Counted from the stretch's first letter, positions 25,541-38,866 are shown. The stretch is 58,688 nt of DNA from Octopus bimaculoides (GCF_001194135.2 NC_068984.1:100580902-100639589); one strand, 5' to 3'. A program made the numbers and translations. Notes: generated by a model not told the origin, from the sequence alone.

Positions 25541-26674
25541 CTGTGAAAGCACCCTAAAAGCTCCATCACTTAACGACAGACAGAACTTTTTCATTTACAT
25601 TTTCTTTTGGGGTCGAAATCTTAACAAAGCTATTTCGTCATTTGTGTTACAAAAGGTTTTTCATTAACTCCAGCTCCTACATTTATATTTCAAACATACT
25701 AAGTATAACGTTAAAACACGTAGGGATGGACAAGACAATTAAAAACAAAGGGACGGGTAAGGAGGATTAAAAAAACAGAAAATATAGGAAAATTTGACTG
25801 GGGACTGTTGGTGCTGTCACTTTCGGAATAAGAGAGGGAGAGAGTGAGAGGGAGAGAGTGAGAGGGATAGATGGGGAGAAAGTGAGGAGGTTTACTAAGA
25901 AAGTGAAGTGAAGGTGAAAATTCCCTTTAAGGGGAGAGAACCGGTTCAGGGTTTATAATTATCATTATTATCATTATTATGAGAGGTCTTTTTCCTATGA
26001 GTGAGAGAGCATATGAAATAATATTTCCATATAATCCAGTGTTCTAGTAGTTGTAGATAGCATCATTTCACCCTTCTTATGGACTCCTCAGTATAATATA
26101 ACTCGAGATCATGAATTTAGTTGGTTTATGTTCATATAAAATCTTTAGCAATTATATAGGGTCGATTTTCATTGTTTTTTCTTACTGTCTTAACAGTAGA
26201 GGAGAGACGAAGAAAGAGGGATAGGAAGAGGGAAAATCTCTTACGTATTTAGGTTTTCGTTCTGAGAGTTTTAGAAGAACCTTGTATTATTCCTACCTCG
26301 CTTTTTTTCTCCTTCCAGTACTTATTTTACAAAACACAGAATTGTAAAAAGATATTATTCAAAGAAAGAAGCACAAATTGAGCGACCCATCCATTCACAG
26401 CTGAAAACTCATTTTGTAGATCGGATCAATTCATCCTACGAATGTAACCGCATGTNNNNNNNNNNNNNNNNNNNNNNNNNNNNNNNNNNNNNNNNNNNNN
26501 NNNNNNNNNNNNNNCAGCCACAATGGGGTACAGCTCCTAGCGCACATAACAATTTTTGTTTTTTTGGTAAATACCGTGTTAAAAAGCATTTGACTTTCTG
26601 AGTATTCCTGTATTATACAGGGTTGTATCAACAATGTGGTCTTCACCAAAGTTCTATTTTCCTTTGTTTTATTT

Positions 26675-27050
26675 CTTTACTTGTATCAGTCATCGGACTG
26701 CGGCCATGCTGGGGTGCCACTTTGAAGGGCTTAGTCGAACAAATCGGTTTCAGTACATATTTCAAAAGTGTGTCACTTAAAACAGCTCAGTTACGGATGT
26801 AAACAAACAATACCAATTGGGAATGGCGGTGGTGGTGGTGGTGGTGGTGGTGGTGGTGATGGGCAAGCACGAAGACATACACATACATGCACACATATAT
26901 ACATAAACAACGGGCTTTCACACAGTTTTCGTCCACCCAATTCCCTCACAAGGCATTTGTTGGCCCGGGACATTTGCCCAAGGTAGCGCGCAGCGGGGCT
27001 GAACCCGAAATCACGTGGCTGCAAAGCGAGCTTCTTAACAACACAGTCCT
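26675..27050 (-). mobile_element. SINE family B, full length, internal (GGT)n and (CA)n
   Basis: Reversed tail, core and head; homologous to 40455. Confidence 0.85.
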
Positions 27051-27449
27051 GCCTGGCATGTCTTTTGTAAATGAGCTCAGAATCTTTTTTCTAATACATT
27101 GTCATTATTCCAACTGTGTAAAAGCCCTGCATAAATCGCATAATCTCTCGTTCTCTCACTGAGAAGTGAGGTCGCTTACTGCCATTTGTACACCATTTTT
27201 CCTCGCTCGTGGCTCTTTCCTATTTTCTCTTTTCCTTTCCCTGACCTCTGCAACAGTCGGTCACTTACTTTTAGGTTCTATCCCCCATCTATTCCCCACC
27301 TTGAAAGTGGATGTGATTGACTAATTGGACGGGTGGCCTCGGCACCTTCTGCTTCTGAAATAGAATACGAGTTGACCTTCTCCACCATTTCCGGAGCTTT
27401 GACTGGCGGTACTATTGGAACGACTACTGCATGTATGCATACATGTACG

Positions 27450-27483
<34 letters not shown>

Positions 27484-28821
27484 TGTATGTATGTATGTAT
27501 GTATGTATGAATGTATGTATGTTCTCTTTCTTTCTTTAATTTAGACTAAATTTTGACCGACCACCTACTTAGTAGCAAGATTGTGAAGGAAAATCTCTTG
27601 TTTTAATCCTCATCTTTTAAATTTTAAGACGGTCTTGCAGATTTTTATAGACCCATATGTCGTGATCATTTGTTGCACGTGAATTAAGGATTTGCATTCT
27701 CTCTCAAGATCCCAAGTTCAGCCATACTTCGCTCCAGACGGGTTGGTACGTATCCTGTTGTTCCAATAATAACAATAGGTATGAAACTGAAAGTATATCT
27801 TGGGCACGAGATTTGCAAATTCCTTGTCAATGGTCAATAGATGTCCTCTTTCTCTTGCATTTTTCTAATCACATTCGTGTATTATGTATGTATGTATGTA
27901 TGTATGTATGTATGTATGTATGTATGTATGTCTGCATGTATGTATGTATGTATGCACGTATGTACGCATGTATTTATGTATGTATGTAAGCGAAAAAAGA
28001 AAGATAACTCTCAATGAAAAATTCTATGATGAAATAAAAGCATGCGGTAAGCTCTTTGGACACCTGATGCAAGAGGCACACATCATTACCACATCTGTGA
28101 AAAAGAGTGTAGCTCACTAGCAAGGCTGAAAAGACACAGCCATGGTACTGAGGTTTTAGAAAAGCGATTGTATTGCTCGAAATCGAGTCATAGCTATCAT
28201 GTATGTATATATCTATGGATGTGTGTGTATGTGTACCTTTGTAGATAGGTAGTTAGGTAGATGCTTACCTTCTATGTGTTCATGTGTATGCGAGTGTGTG
28301 GTAGAACTGAATAGCTGTAGATTTTCTCAGAGGTGTTAGGGCAGGTGCAAAGGAAGAATTCAAAACTTATCAGAAAGTGTAAATGTTTTGGAACGTATAA
28401 CTGCTGAAGTGCAAAAAGTCATTTGAATATTTCTTACGCGACATCAAAATTCTAAAGATTCTTGGGAAGTAAAAGCCAAAAGTTAAAATGATAAAATCTA
28501 CACTACTACACTGATAGAAATAATAATTTTTATAAGAACATATTTCAGTCAGATAGTTTTCGAAAACTTTTTCAATCTAGTTTAATGACGAAAGTTTGTA
28601 GAGATATTAAATATTCTACAGCAGGTGTAGCTGTATAATACAACTAGAAAATTTCAGTTTTAATATTGATGTCTTTACACTTACTAGCATCCCAGTCCGT
28701 TCTAATACTTTCTCCCAAGTCTCTTGATATTCTCTAGTTTTCAAATCCTTCCTAATACTTGCTTTCTCTTAAGTTTGTCTTAATGCTCGTTAATTTTCAG
28801 TCAGTTTTATCAGATTAGGAT

Positions 28822-29590
28822 TGCAAAAGTATGGAATGTCCGAGACAGAGTCAGAATTATATGGAATATAATTCTTCCAGTCAACGTGAAATGGGGTTTC
28901 TTTAAAGCAGTCGTTGAATCGGTACATTTTTTTATAGCTCTTTAACATAGACACTAAACAGAGACTTTAAAAGAAGCTTGACGGTACATACACGAGAATG
29001 CTTCGTGCAGTCATCAATCTTTCTTAGCAGTAACTCCCTACAAAGCAGCAACTGTTTTGCAGTCTTCCTTACCATCGAAATCAACTATCTCTAGCGGTCG
29101 AGCGTCCATCACTGATAAGATCAAGGAATGTCGAAGTCACCTGATCTGATGGTCTTGGTGCAAAAGGTGGCGGGAATTTATCTCCCTGCTAGCGATATAA
29201 AGAAGAGTGCATTTTGCACCCAAAGCCAATATGAGAACTTCTCTCGTGGTAACAACAGCAGTAAAGTTTGTTCTAACAGAACATCCACGTTTAAGTGAGG
29301 ATAGATATTACCTTTCGGTATTAACACTACCTCTGTTCCCAATAAATACTGTAGTCAGAGAAAGAACACGTTATGCTGGACTGCTGCAGAACCAACAATG
29401 AAATATACAGTGATCTCCTTCTCTGGTAACTCGCGCATGGACATATATAGCTATCGGCAAACCAAGAAGAGCATATATCAATCAACCTTTAGAAGACACT
29501 AGATTTCAAGCTGAGGATACGAATACTGCTGTGGGAGACTGGGACATCTGGCATGGAAGAGTTGTATTGGTTCGGGCACGTTGTCTGACC
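28822..29590 (+). mobile_element. RTE-clade LINE remnant (RT thumb to C-terminus), frameshifted, with a second RTE-like piece inside
   Basis: AKVWNVRDRVRIIWN...FFKAVVESV...KKLDGTYTRMLRAVIN...PTKQQL..SLP; later INTVVRERTRYAG..RTNNEIYSDLLLW...IGKPRRAYINQ.LEDT...DWDIWHGRV. These match typical RTE C-terminal motifs. Confidence 0.8.
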
Positions 29591-30262
29591 GGGTACATAA
29601 ATAGATTTGTCGGTTGCGACTTTCGTGTCTGTCCAAATACTTATTCGCCTTCCAGTTTCTCGTAATGCGCAGTGTTTTCTAAGTTTATCCTAATACTAGT
29701 TACCTTCCGAGTGTGTCTTAGTACATGCTAGTTTACGGGTTTATCTTAATAATACTTGCTAACTTTGTAGTCTATCATTAATTTTCCAAGTCTTTTTTAA
29801 AACTTGGTAAGCTTGAAATTTATCTTAATATTTGCTTGCTTCCGAATCTTCTATGGTTTGAAACGGAGAAACGTTTGGCTTTATTTTTTTTATTTCTGTT
29901 TCAGAATATATTATGTTTGAAAACAAAGAGATAGGGTTAGTCAAGACTGTTTGATATAATTGCTGATCGTTTAATCTTCGCCAAACTGTTGTTACAGGAA
30001 ACAGTCATTTATACACAGCTGGCAGCTCACACTTTCGCTACTCATAGGTTTCCACTCTTGACATTCGATCAGGCGCAATGTATATAGTTTTCATTATATT
30101 TGGCCTGAACGGACTTAGAGCCGGAAATTCTAAATAGAGACGGGACGAAGCAGAAGCTGCAGATGAATAAGTATTTTACTATACAATAAGTAGTGAATAT
30201 TTGCCACTTCTTAGTTACGAAAAATAAAACAAAAAGAAAACAAACAAACCCAAAATGAGTGT

Positions 30263-30349
<87 letters not shown>

Positions 30350-30350
30350 C

Positions 30351-30413
<63 letters not shown>

Positions 30414-31199
30414 NNNNNNNNNNNNNNNNNNNNNNNNNNNNNNNNNNNNNNNNNNNNNNNNNNNNNNNNNNNNNNNNNNNNNNNNNNNNNNNNNNNNNNN
30501 NNNNNNNNNNNNNNNNNNNNNNNNNNNNNNNNNNNNNNNNNNNNNNNNNNNNNNNNNNNNNNNNNNNNNNNNNNNNNNNNNNNNNNNNNNNNNNNNNNNN
30601 NNNNNNNNNNNNNNNNNNNNNNNNNNNNNNNNNNNNNNNNNNNNNNNNNNNNNNNNNNNNNNNNNNNNNNNNNNNNNNNNNNNNNNNNNNNNNNNNNNNN
30701 NNNNNNNNNNNNNNNNNNNNNNNNNNNNNNNNNNNNNNNNNNNNNNNNNNNNNNNNNNNNNNNNNNNNNNNNNNNNNNNNNNNNNNNNNNNNNNNNNNNN
30801 NNNNNNNNNNNNNNNNNNNNNNNNNNNNNNNNNNNNNNNNNNNNNNNNNNNNNNNNNNNNNNNNNNNNNNNNNNNNNNNNNNNNNNNNNNNNNNNNNNNN
30901 NNNNNNNNNNNNNNNNNNNNNNNNNNNNNNNNNNNNNNNNNNNNNNNNNNNNNNNNNNNCCATACCACACAACACACCACCACGCACATACCAGCGCTGA
31001 CCAATTCCCAGCCCCACACTTTCACACCTACACATACACACAGACACACGTCAAGATCACCAGCCCTCTTTCACACGCACATACGAACTCTCTTACACAC
31101 ACGAACGCGCACCTTCGTTTTGGGATCACTACTATTTCATTATCTCCCCTTCTTCCTAGCTCTCCTGTGAGACCCTTCTGTCCAGCATTTGCCATGATA

Positions 31200-31392
31200 G
31201 ATCGCTAGCCACTACACATTCTTTTTTTCTCTCTTTGTTTCTCTCCTTGTTTCTTTCTGTGTTCCTTTCTGTGGAAGAGCGTAGGCTCGAAACGTTAAAG
31301 ACTTTTTCACTTCCCGAGCGTTATACTAATACATCTGTTTGTTTTCTACACCACCTGTCTTCGTCTTTAGTTTTTTGTTGTAAATTCTCCCC
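31200..31392 (+). mobile_element. Repeat family P1 copy with hammerhead-like motif
   Basis: TGGAAGAGCGTAGGCTCGAAACGTTAAAG at about 31272-31300; ends AATTCTCCCC then (AT)n. Confidence 0.7.
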
Positions 31393-31779
31393 ATATATAT
31401 ATATATATATAATCGATTAAGTAAAACAGTTAAGAAATGAAGCGGGCAAATATCAGCATGACCACCCAAACTTAAGATCTTTAGCAAAATACCACTTTAT
31501 ATATGAGTGTACATGATGTGCCCCAGACTGCAAATTGATGCAACACAATGTGATACACACCATCTCACTCATAGGGGACAGTTGCAGGATGGGTCGAAAC
31601 GAACGTGGTACACAATAAAGAATAATACTAAATCTATCTTCTGTTTTACTTAATCGATTATTATCTCAACTAACACTACGGAATTCCTGAAGGAGATCCA
31701 ACGGAAATATACCCCAACTGCAGATGACACCAGATAGCCCAAATTGTGCTTGTGTTTTACTCTACACATCAACACACTA

Positions 31780-32135
31780 ACTGACATATATTCATTAGTT
31801 CAAAGATTGGAAGTGCGTCATTCATTTGAGCTTGTTCAACATTGCCAGACAGTGAAAAAATAATTTTAATGATGTCGTAAGACGTTCGAGGAAGACAGTA
31901 TACAAAGGAAGACACCTGAGCATGGTCAAACAAAAATAGGATGCAGCACCACAACAACGCCCTGGCTTTCGTGTTACTCCTTGTCCACGACTTTTTTGCA
32001 AAGTACTAGATTTATCGCAAGTTTTGTTTCCGGATTTATCACAAGTTTTGTTTCCAAAGTTAAAATTCAACGTGAAAAGTGACTGATTTCAGACGATAGA
32101 AAAGATTGGAGAAAATTCGCTCAGAGAACAGAACA
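31780..32135 (+). mobile_element. Decayed RTE-like LINE 3' fragment
   Basis: Weak motifs ...VQHC...PEHGQTKIG... and ISDDRKDWRKF; contains a 24-bp tandem duplication at 32009-32056. Confidence 0.4.
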
Positions 32136-32957
32136 TATTACAGGATGTGTTCCAGAAAGTGAAAAAATTCAGGAGCGGTACATTGATAGTGGAAAATATT
32201 ATTTTCAAAGAGAAAAATTTGACTTAGTTGTGAATTAAAGCAATATTTTTTGTAAAAAGTTTTCTTTTTTAATAAATCTCCTCNNNNNNNNNNNNNNNNN
32301 NNNNNNNNNNNNNNNNNNNNNNNNNNNNNNNNNNNNNNNNNNNNNNNNNNNNNNNNNNNNNNNNNNNNNNNNNNNNNNNNNNNNNNNNNNNNNNNNNNNN
32401 NNNNNNNNNNNNNNNNNNNNNNNNNNNNNNNNNNNNNNNNNNNNNNNNNNNNNNNNNNNNNNNNNNNNNNNNNNNNNNNNNNNNNNNNNNNNNNNNNNNN
32501 NNNNNNNNNNNNNNNNNNNNNNNNNNNNNNNNNNNNNNNNNNNNNNNNNNNNNNNNNNNNNNNNNNNNNNNNNNNNNNNNNNNNNNNNNNNNNNNNNNNN
32601 NNNNNNNNNNNNNNNNNNNNNNNNNNNNNNNNNNNNNNNNNNNNNNNNNNNNNNNNNNNNNNNNNNNNNNNNNNNNNNNNNNNNNNNNNNNNNNNNNNNN
32701 NNNNNNNNNNNNNNNNNNNNNNNNNNNNNNNNNNNNNNNNNNNNNNNNNNNNNNNNNNNNNNNNNNNNNNNNNNNNNNNNNNNNNNNNNNNNNNNNNNNN
32801 NNNNNNNNNNNNNNNNNNNNNNNNNNNNNNNNNNNNNNNNNNNNNNNNNNNNNNNNNNNNNNNNNNNNNNNNNNNNNNNNNNNNNNNNNNNNNNNNNNNN
32901 NNNNNNNNNNNNNNNNNNNNNNNNNNNNNNNNNNNNNNNNNNNNNNNNNNNNNNNNN

Positions 32958-32989
<32 letters not shown>

Positions 32990-32991
<2 letters not shown>

Positions 32992-33230
32992 CGTGTGTGT
33001 TTGTGTGCGTGTGTCTTCCGTCACTGCCTGACAACCAGTGTTGCTTTTTCACGTCCCCGTCAGTTAGTTCGGCATAAGAGTGATAGAATAAGTACCAGGC
33101 TTTAAAAAATATGTATTGATCAACCTAACTGCTATGATAGCAAATACTTGCTCAAGATGTCATGCAATGAGATAGAATTCGGAAACACGTGATTGTGAAA
33201 TAAACTTCTATACGTCACTACTATGCCTGC
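32990..33230. mobile_element. SINE family B fragments (3' half on plus, head relic on minus)
   Basis: TGACAACCAGTGTTG...CACGTCCCCGT...GATAGAATAAGTACCAGGCTT on plus; degenerate reversed head at about 33145-33230. Confidence 0.6.
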
Positions 33231-33580
33231 CTGCATCCAACGTAGTGACGCAAAAGAAGTAGCTGTGGATTACACACATACAGTGGGTTGTACACTTTTA
33301 GAATTGATGACGTCTCAGAGAGAGATCTGGTAGATTAGTATTCTAGTTCAAAATCTGAATAAATAAATAAATGAATAAATAAATGAAAACAAAAAAAATT
33401 TGTAGAGGTAGAGTATATGTCCATGTTATTGGCAACCATCAAAGTCTGTTAAGATGGACATGGTCCATGTCTCTTTTGAACAACTTCAAGTTTGATAGCT
33501 GATTAAACATGAGCAGAGAGTGAATTCTACGTTTGAGGAGGAATAATTGGGCATAGTGGCTGAGGCCACTAGAGTCTAGT

Positions 33581-33826
33581 CAGTAGTTCGCAACCGTGGT
33601 CCTTATGACCTTTGGGAGCCCATATAATATTTTGTTGTTAAAATTTATGAGCAATAAAATTGGTTATACTTCTACTATACATTTTTTAAAATACAATTCC
33701 TTATAATATTTAATTATAATAATACAAGAGGATTTTAATTATATACATCGAATAGCTATGGAGGTCTTGTAGAGTAAAATAGCAATCAAAGGGAGTCCAT
33801 AGGCAAAAAATGATTGAGAACGACTG
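33581..33826. mobile_element. hAT-type MITE, degenerate TIRs
   Basis: CAGTAGTTCGCAAC / TTGAGAACGACTG; body similar to 6947 and 33842. Confidence 0.7.
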
Positions 33827-33841
33827 GGCTAAACACTACAT

Positions 33842-34108
33842 TAGTGACTTTCAACCAGGCTCCATAGAGACCTTGGGGTCCAGATAAGATTTGGTAGCTG
33901 AAACCTATGTGCAATAAATTACTGATATTTCTGCAATACACAAAATATGAAAATGTTTTCATACTATTCCTAATAATATTTAATCATAAAAATTTGATTG
34001 AAGTTTTTAGATATCGAATGGCTATGAGGGTTCCCCACACCGTACCCCACTCCGAGTAAAATTAAAAATCAAAGGATTCCAAAGGCAAAAAATGGCTGAG
34101 AACCATTA
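33842..34108. mobile_element. hAT-type MITE, degenerate TIRs
   Basis: TAGTGACTTTCAACC / GCTGAGAACCATTA; flanks CACTACAT and TACTATGT (5/8). Confidence 0.65.
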
Positions 34109-35379
34109 TACTATGTGGTTGATAGGAAGAGGAAAGAAGAACAAATCGGGAGTGCAAAAATGTTGACAACACAACTCTAGCCACCTCCGGGGACCAAACT
34201 TCGTTGTAGTAGTGGCGATAAAGACACTGAAATGAGGAGGAGAGAACAAGTCGATGAGCCAGATGTTGGAAATGTGCTTGTAGGCAACTGTATACTAGCC
34301 AGACACAGCGTCTTGTTTAGAAAGTCATCTTGAATGTCTATGTATGTAGCAGCAGTACTGTTCTATCTAATAGAGTAGTGTGCCATCCCTCTCCATGTCG
34401 TTATGAATCTCCTACATTAATGTAGGAGATCCATTCTCTGTGTAGTGATAGATGCTCAGATTTGGGGCATATCACCCACACATCTTGTCGTTTTAAATTC
34501 CTTCGCCACTTTTGCTTATTGTTTTCATGTTGTGACTCTTTACCAGGATTCAACCTTTCTTAAATGGAAATGTAGTCGATACTCCGTAGGATTTGTAAAA
34601 TGAAACAATCAAACTTACACGATCTTCTGAAACAGGAAGTTGGATAACCATGACAGGCAAACACACGTAATTTTCCTTATATAGAGATTTAATAATCAAT
34701 GAACAACACGTGCTTAGCTTTCATTGGTTAATTTATATTTAATACTATAAATGATACAAAATGCGCACGCGTTTGTTTGCGTATGTGAGTGCGTGTGCAC
34801 GCGTGTGTATAAATACGTACATACACACATTCATACAATGATATGCATGCATACACACATACATTCATACATACATCAATATATACGAAGCATTAGAGTG
34901 TGAGAGTTAGAGTGAGAAGTGGAATAGTAAAAGACAGAGAGTGAACAAGAAAGTCGGAGATAGAAATACAGAGAAAGAAAGCGAGAGAGAGAGAGAGAGA
35001 GTCAGAAAGAGAGAGAGAGAGTCAGAGAGATAGAGAGGAAAAGAAAATAGAAAGGGAAAGAGGGAGAGGGAGAGAGAGAGAGAGGGGATGGGTGGGGATA
35101 TAAAGGAAATGACTTGAATTAATCTCTCCGCCAGAGAGTTAACTTAAATAGAAGCAAAAAAAAAAAAACTTAAATGATTCAGTTCTATTTTCCTTCTCTC
35201 ACCTTCTGTTCTTTTACTCACCTGTTGTCTACTTCTTATCTTCCTTTCAACTTCTCTTCAGCTTTTCCTCTGCTGTCGTCTGACATCTTCCTGGGTGTTT
35301 TTTTAAATCTTTTAATATCTTTTTTAATATCATTTTTTTAATATCTTTTCTCGTTTTCTTCAAATATCATCTGCATTTC

Positions 35380-35619
35380 CTCGTGTCTTCTTTTCTCTCT
35401 TTTCGTCTCAGTTTCCTTTCTCTCTCCTCGTTCATCGTCTTTCTTTCTTCCGTTCTTCCAATGTTCATCTTTCTTTTCTTTTTCCTCGCATTCTTGTCTG
35501 CTTTTGCATTTCTTTTCTATTTTTTTTTTCTTTTGTCACCTTTCTTTCTATTCGTCTTACTTTCTCCTACCTTTTTATTAATTCATTCATGCATTCACTT
35601 TTTACTTTCTATCAGTCTC

Positions 35620-35663
<44 letters not shown>

Positions 35664-35925
35664 AAATCCTTTCTTTTCTTTCTTTCTTTCTTCCTTTCTT
35701 CTTTTCTTTCTTACTTTCATTCAATCATTCATTCTATCATTCATTCGACTTTCCTCTCCTCCATTCATTCATTCATTCATTCATTCATTCTCCCCTTCTT
35801 CATTTCTTTCACTCATTCTTTCTTTCTATTTTTCTTTCTTTCTATTTTTCTTTCTTTCTATTTTTCTTTCTTCCTTTCATTATTTCTTTCTTCCTTTCAT
35901 TATTTCTTTCTTCCTTCCTTTCGCT
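35380..35925. repeat. Pyrimidine-rich low-complexity tract ((TTTC)n, (TTCA)n)
   Basis: Directly visible; it explains the F/S/L-rich ORFs. Confidence 0.9.
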
Positions 35926-36722
35926 AACAGCCTGATTGTTCCTGCTGTTCAACATAAACCTATAAATCTGTAATGTACAGATGGCTTCCTCATTCAGCGC
36001 ATATATCGGACACATTTAGTTGCTGGTAATTCATTGCCAGGAGAATTGGCCTAGAACAGCTAATGTAGATCAAATCATTCTGGAAACTGTCCTTAATCGA
36101 CAACCAGAATATTCCCCAGAAGAGATTATTCTCGTCGATACATAGAATCATTTCTAAGCCATCGACGCTCATATTTCCCCTGATTTACAACAGAATACAG
36201 TAGTTGGACTTTCCACTCATCATAGTGTCCAACTGATAGAGTTCAGAGAACACCCAGCAACATTTCAGATGTCAAACGCCCATCCTCGGTTTATATATGT
36301 CTCAAGACTGCAGCTCAATTAAAGAGAAGATCAGCAGAATGACGTGACTCACGAATAACGACCAGACTTGTTCACTGTCGTCGTCAAAATCGCTGCAGAC
36401 GTGTCAGTTTCAGCTTGTGTATCATCAGTCACGATATTCCAGATACGTCATGAACGACTACTGACAGCAGATGGTTCTCCTGTCGACCTCAAGATGCAAA
36501 AGAAAAAATGTTCCAATCTCATCAATATTTCTCGGGACAAAGCACGGTAGACATACTAAAGAAGTAAAATAGACGCCAGCTGCTTCAATCCTACTTTTCA
36601 AGGACAGCTTTCTCTCATTGAGGGCGCAAAGAGATAACCAATTTCTGATCTCTTTCAAGTTTTTCTACACATTTGATCAAGTGTATCCGCCTGTCTGTCA
36701 GTCAGTCTGTCTGTCTGTCTGC

Positions 36723-36774
<52 letters not shown>

Positions 36775-36787
36775 ATCTGTGTGTGTG

Positions 36788-36819
<32 letters not shown>

Positions 36820-37194
36820 TGTATGTGGGCCAGACGAACTATCTTTTTATCTGGACTGTAGGTACAAGGACAGAAGTCACTATGCGAGTTAATTTATCGT
36901 GGATGTAATTAATATGCTGTTAACAGCGAAGAGTCACTCAACTTTCTTTTCCTTTTGTATGGAGAAGAAAGCCCTGACTCGGTCCGTTCTCTCACAAGAA
37001 TTTGGGTACCTACTACGGTCACCATCCAGTCATGCGAAAAATTCTGTATAAGGCACACACACTCGCGCGCGCGCACGAATGCACGCTCACACACACACAC
37101 ACACACAAAGAGAGGTAGATAAATGGATAGATAGACAGATAAACAGACAGACAGAAAGACAGACAGATAGATAGATAGATAGATNNNNNNNNNN

Positions 37195-37237
<43 letters not shown>

Positions 37238-37271
37238 GATAGGTAGGTAGGTAGGTAGGTAGGTAGGTAGG

Positions 37272-37311
<40 letters not shown>

Positions 37312-37587
37312 CTGACACACACTCACCTACATATACATATACATACACCATAACTCTTATTTTAGTGTACTAATAAAGTAAACTAAGATACTATATTTGT
37401 CTTGTTTACGAAAAACTTCATAAAACATTTAGTGATGACGGAAATCTCTCGTTGTTCTGTTAAATTGTATTTAAGCATTATTTTTATAATAATTTCCTAC
37501 TGTTGTGTATTTAAACTTTATTTCTGTCAAGTTAGTTACAATTCAGACTAACTATGACCATACACTTACGCATACGCATGCAAACAC

Positions 37588-37618
<31 letters not shown>

Positions 37619-37685
37619 CATACGTACATAAATATATGTATTATATATATACATACACACACACACACACATATATATATACATA

Positions 37686-37722
<37 letters not shown>

Positions 37723-37787
37723 TTATATACATACATATATGTACATACTTACATATATATGTATATATATATATATANNNNNNNNNN

Positions 37788-38753
37788 NNNNNNNNNNNNN
37801 NNNNNNNNNNNNNNNNNNNNNNNNNNNNNNNNNNNNNNNNNNNNNNNNNNNNNNNNNNNNNNNNNNNNNNNNNNNNNNNNNNNNNNNNNNNNNNNNNNNN
37901 NNNNNNNNNNNNNNNNNNNNNNNNNNNNNNNNNNNNNNNNNNNNNNNNNNNNNNNNNNNNNNNNNNNNNNNNNNNNNNNNNNNNNNNNNNNNNNNNNNNN
38001 NNNNNNNNNNNNNNNNNNNNNNNNNNNNNNNNNNNNNNNNNNNNNNNNNNNNNNNNNNNNNNNNNNNNNNNNNNNNNNNNNNNNNNNNNNNNNNNNNNNN
38101 NNNNNNNNNNNNNNNNNNNNNNNNNNNNNNNNNNNNNNNNNNNNNNNNNNNNNNNNNNNNNNNNNNNNNNNNNNNNNNNNNNNNNNNNNNNNNNNNNNNN
38201 NNNNNNNNNNNNNNNNNNNNNNNNNNNNNNNNNNNNNNNNNNNNNNNNNNNNNNNNNNNNNNNNNNNNNNNNNNNNNNNNNNNNNNNNNNNNNNNNNNNN
38301 NNNNNNNNNNNNNNNNNNNNNNNNNNNNNNNNNNNNNNNNNNNNNNNNNNNNNNNNNNNNNNNNNNNNNNNNNNNNNNNNNNNNNNNNNNNNNNNNNNNN
38401 NNNNNNNNNNNNNNNNNNNNNNNNNNNNNNNNNNNNNNNNNNNNNNNNNNNNNNNNNNNNNNNNNNNNNNNNNNNNNNNNNNNNNNNNNNNNNNNNNNNN
38501 NNNNNNNNNNNNNNNNNNNNNNNNNNNNNNNNNNNNNNNNNNNNNNNNNNNNNNNNNNNNNNNNNNNNNNNNNNNNNNNNNNNNNNNNNNNNNNNNNNNN
38601 NNNNNNNNNNNNNNNNNNNNNNNNNNNNNNNNNNNNNNNNNNNNNNNNNNNNNNNNNNNNNNNNNNNNNNNNNNNNNNNNNNNNNNNNNNNNNNNNNNNN
38701 NNNNNNNNNNNNNNNNNNNNNNNNNNNNNNNNNNNNNNNNNNNNNNNNNNNNN
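37788..38753. other. Largest assembly gap (N-run) between (TA)n tracts; representative of about 24 gaps, most bordered by microsatellites
   Basis: Directly visible. Confidence 0.98.
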
Positions 38754-38773
38754 TATATATATATATATATAAA

Positions 38774-38813
38774 GGCGACTCGAGTTTCAGGGCTATTTCC
38801 CTTCGTCATGGCC
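38774..38813 (-). ncRNA. Minimal type I hammerhead ribozyme candidate in a 60-bp island between (TA)n tracts
   Basis: Minus strand: GGC-C(A)UGACGA-AGGG-AAAUAG-CCCU-GAAA-CUCGAG-UC-GCC. 4-bp stem II, palindromic stem III ACUCGAGU, GUC triplet at 38779-38777, 3-bp stem I, one extra A in the core. Confidence 0.65.
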
Positions 38814-38825
38814 GGTATGACAGAC

Positions 38826-38866
<41 letters not shown>

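Noticed and set aside
27364-27432. Plus-strand 69-nt exon candidate (IRVDLLHHFRSFDWRYYWNDYCM), superficially reflectin-like
   Set aside because: No MD-X5 reflectin repeats; the donor comes from the adjacent (ATGT)n microsatellite; another frame is equally open
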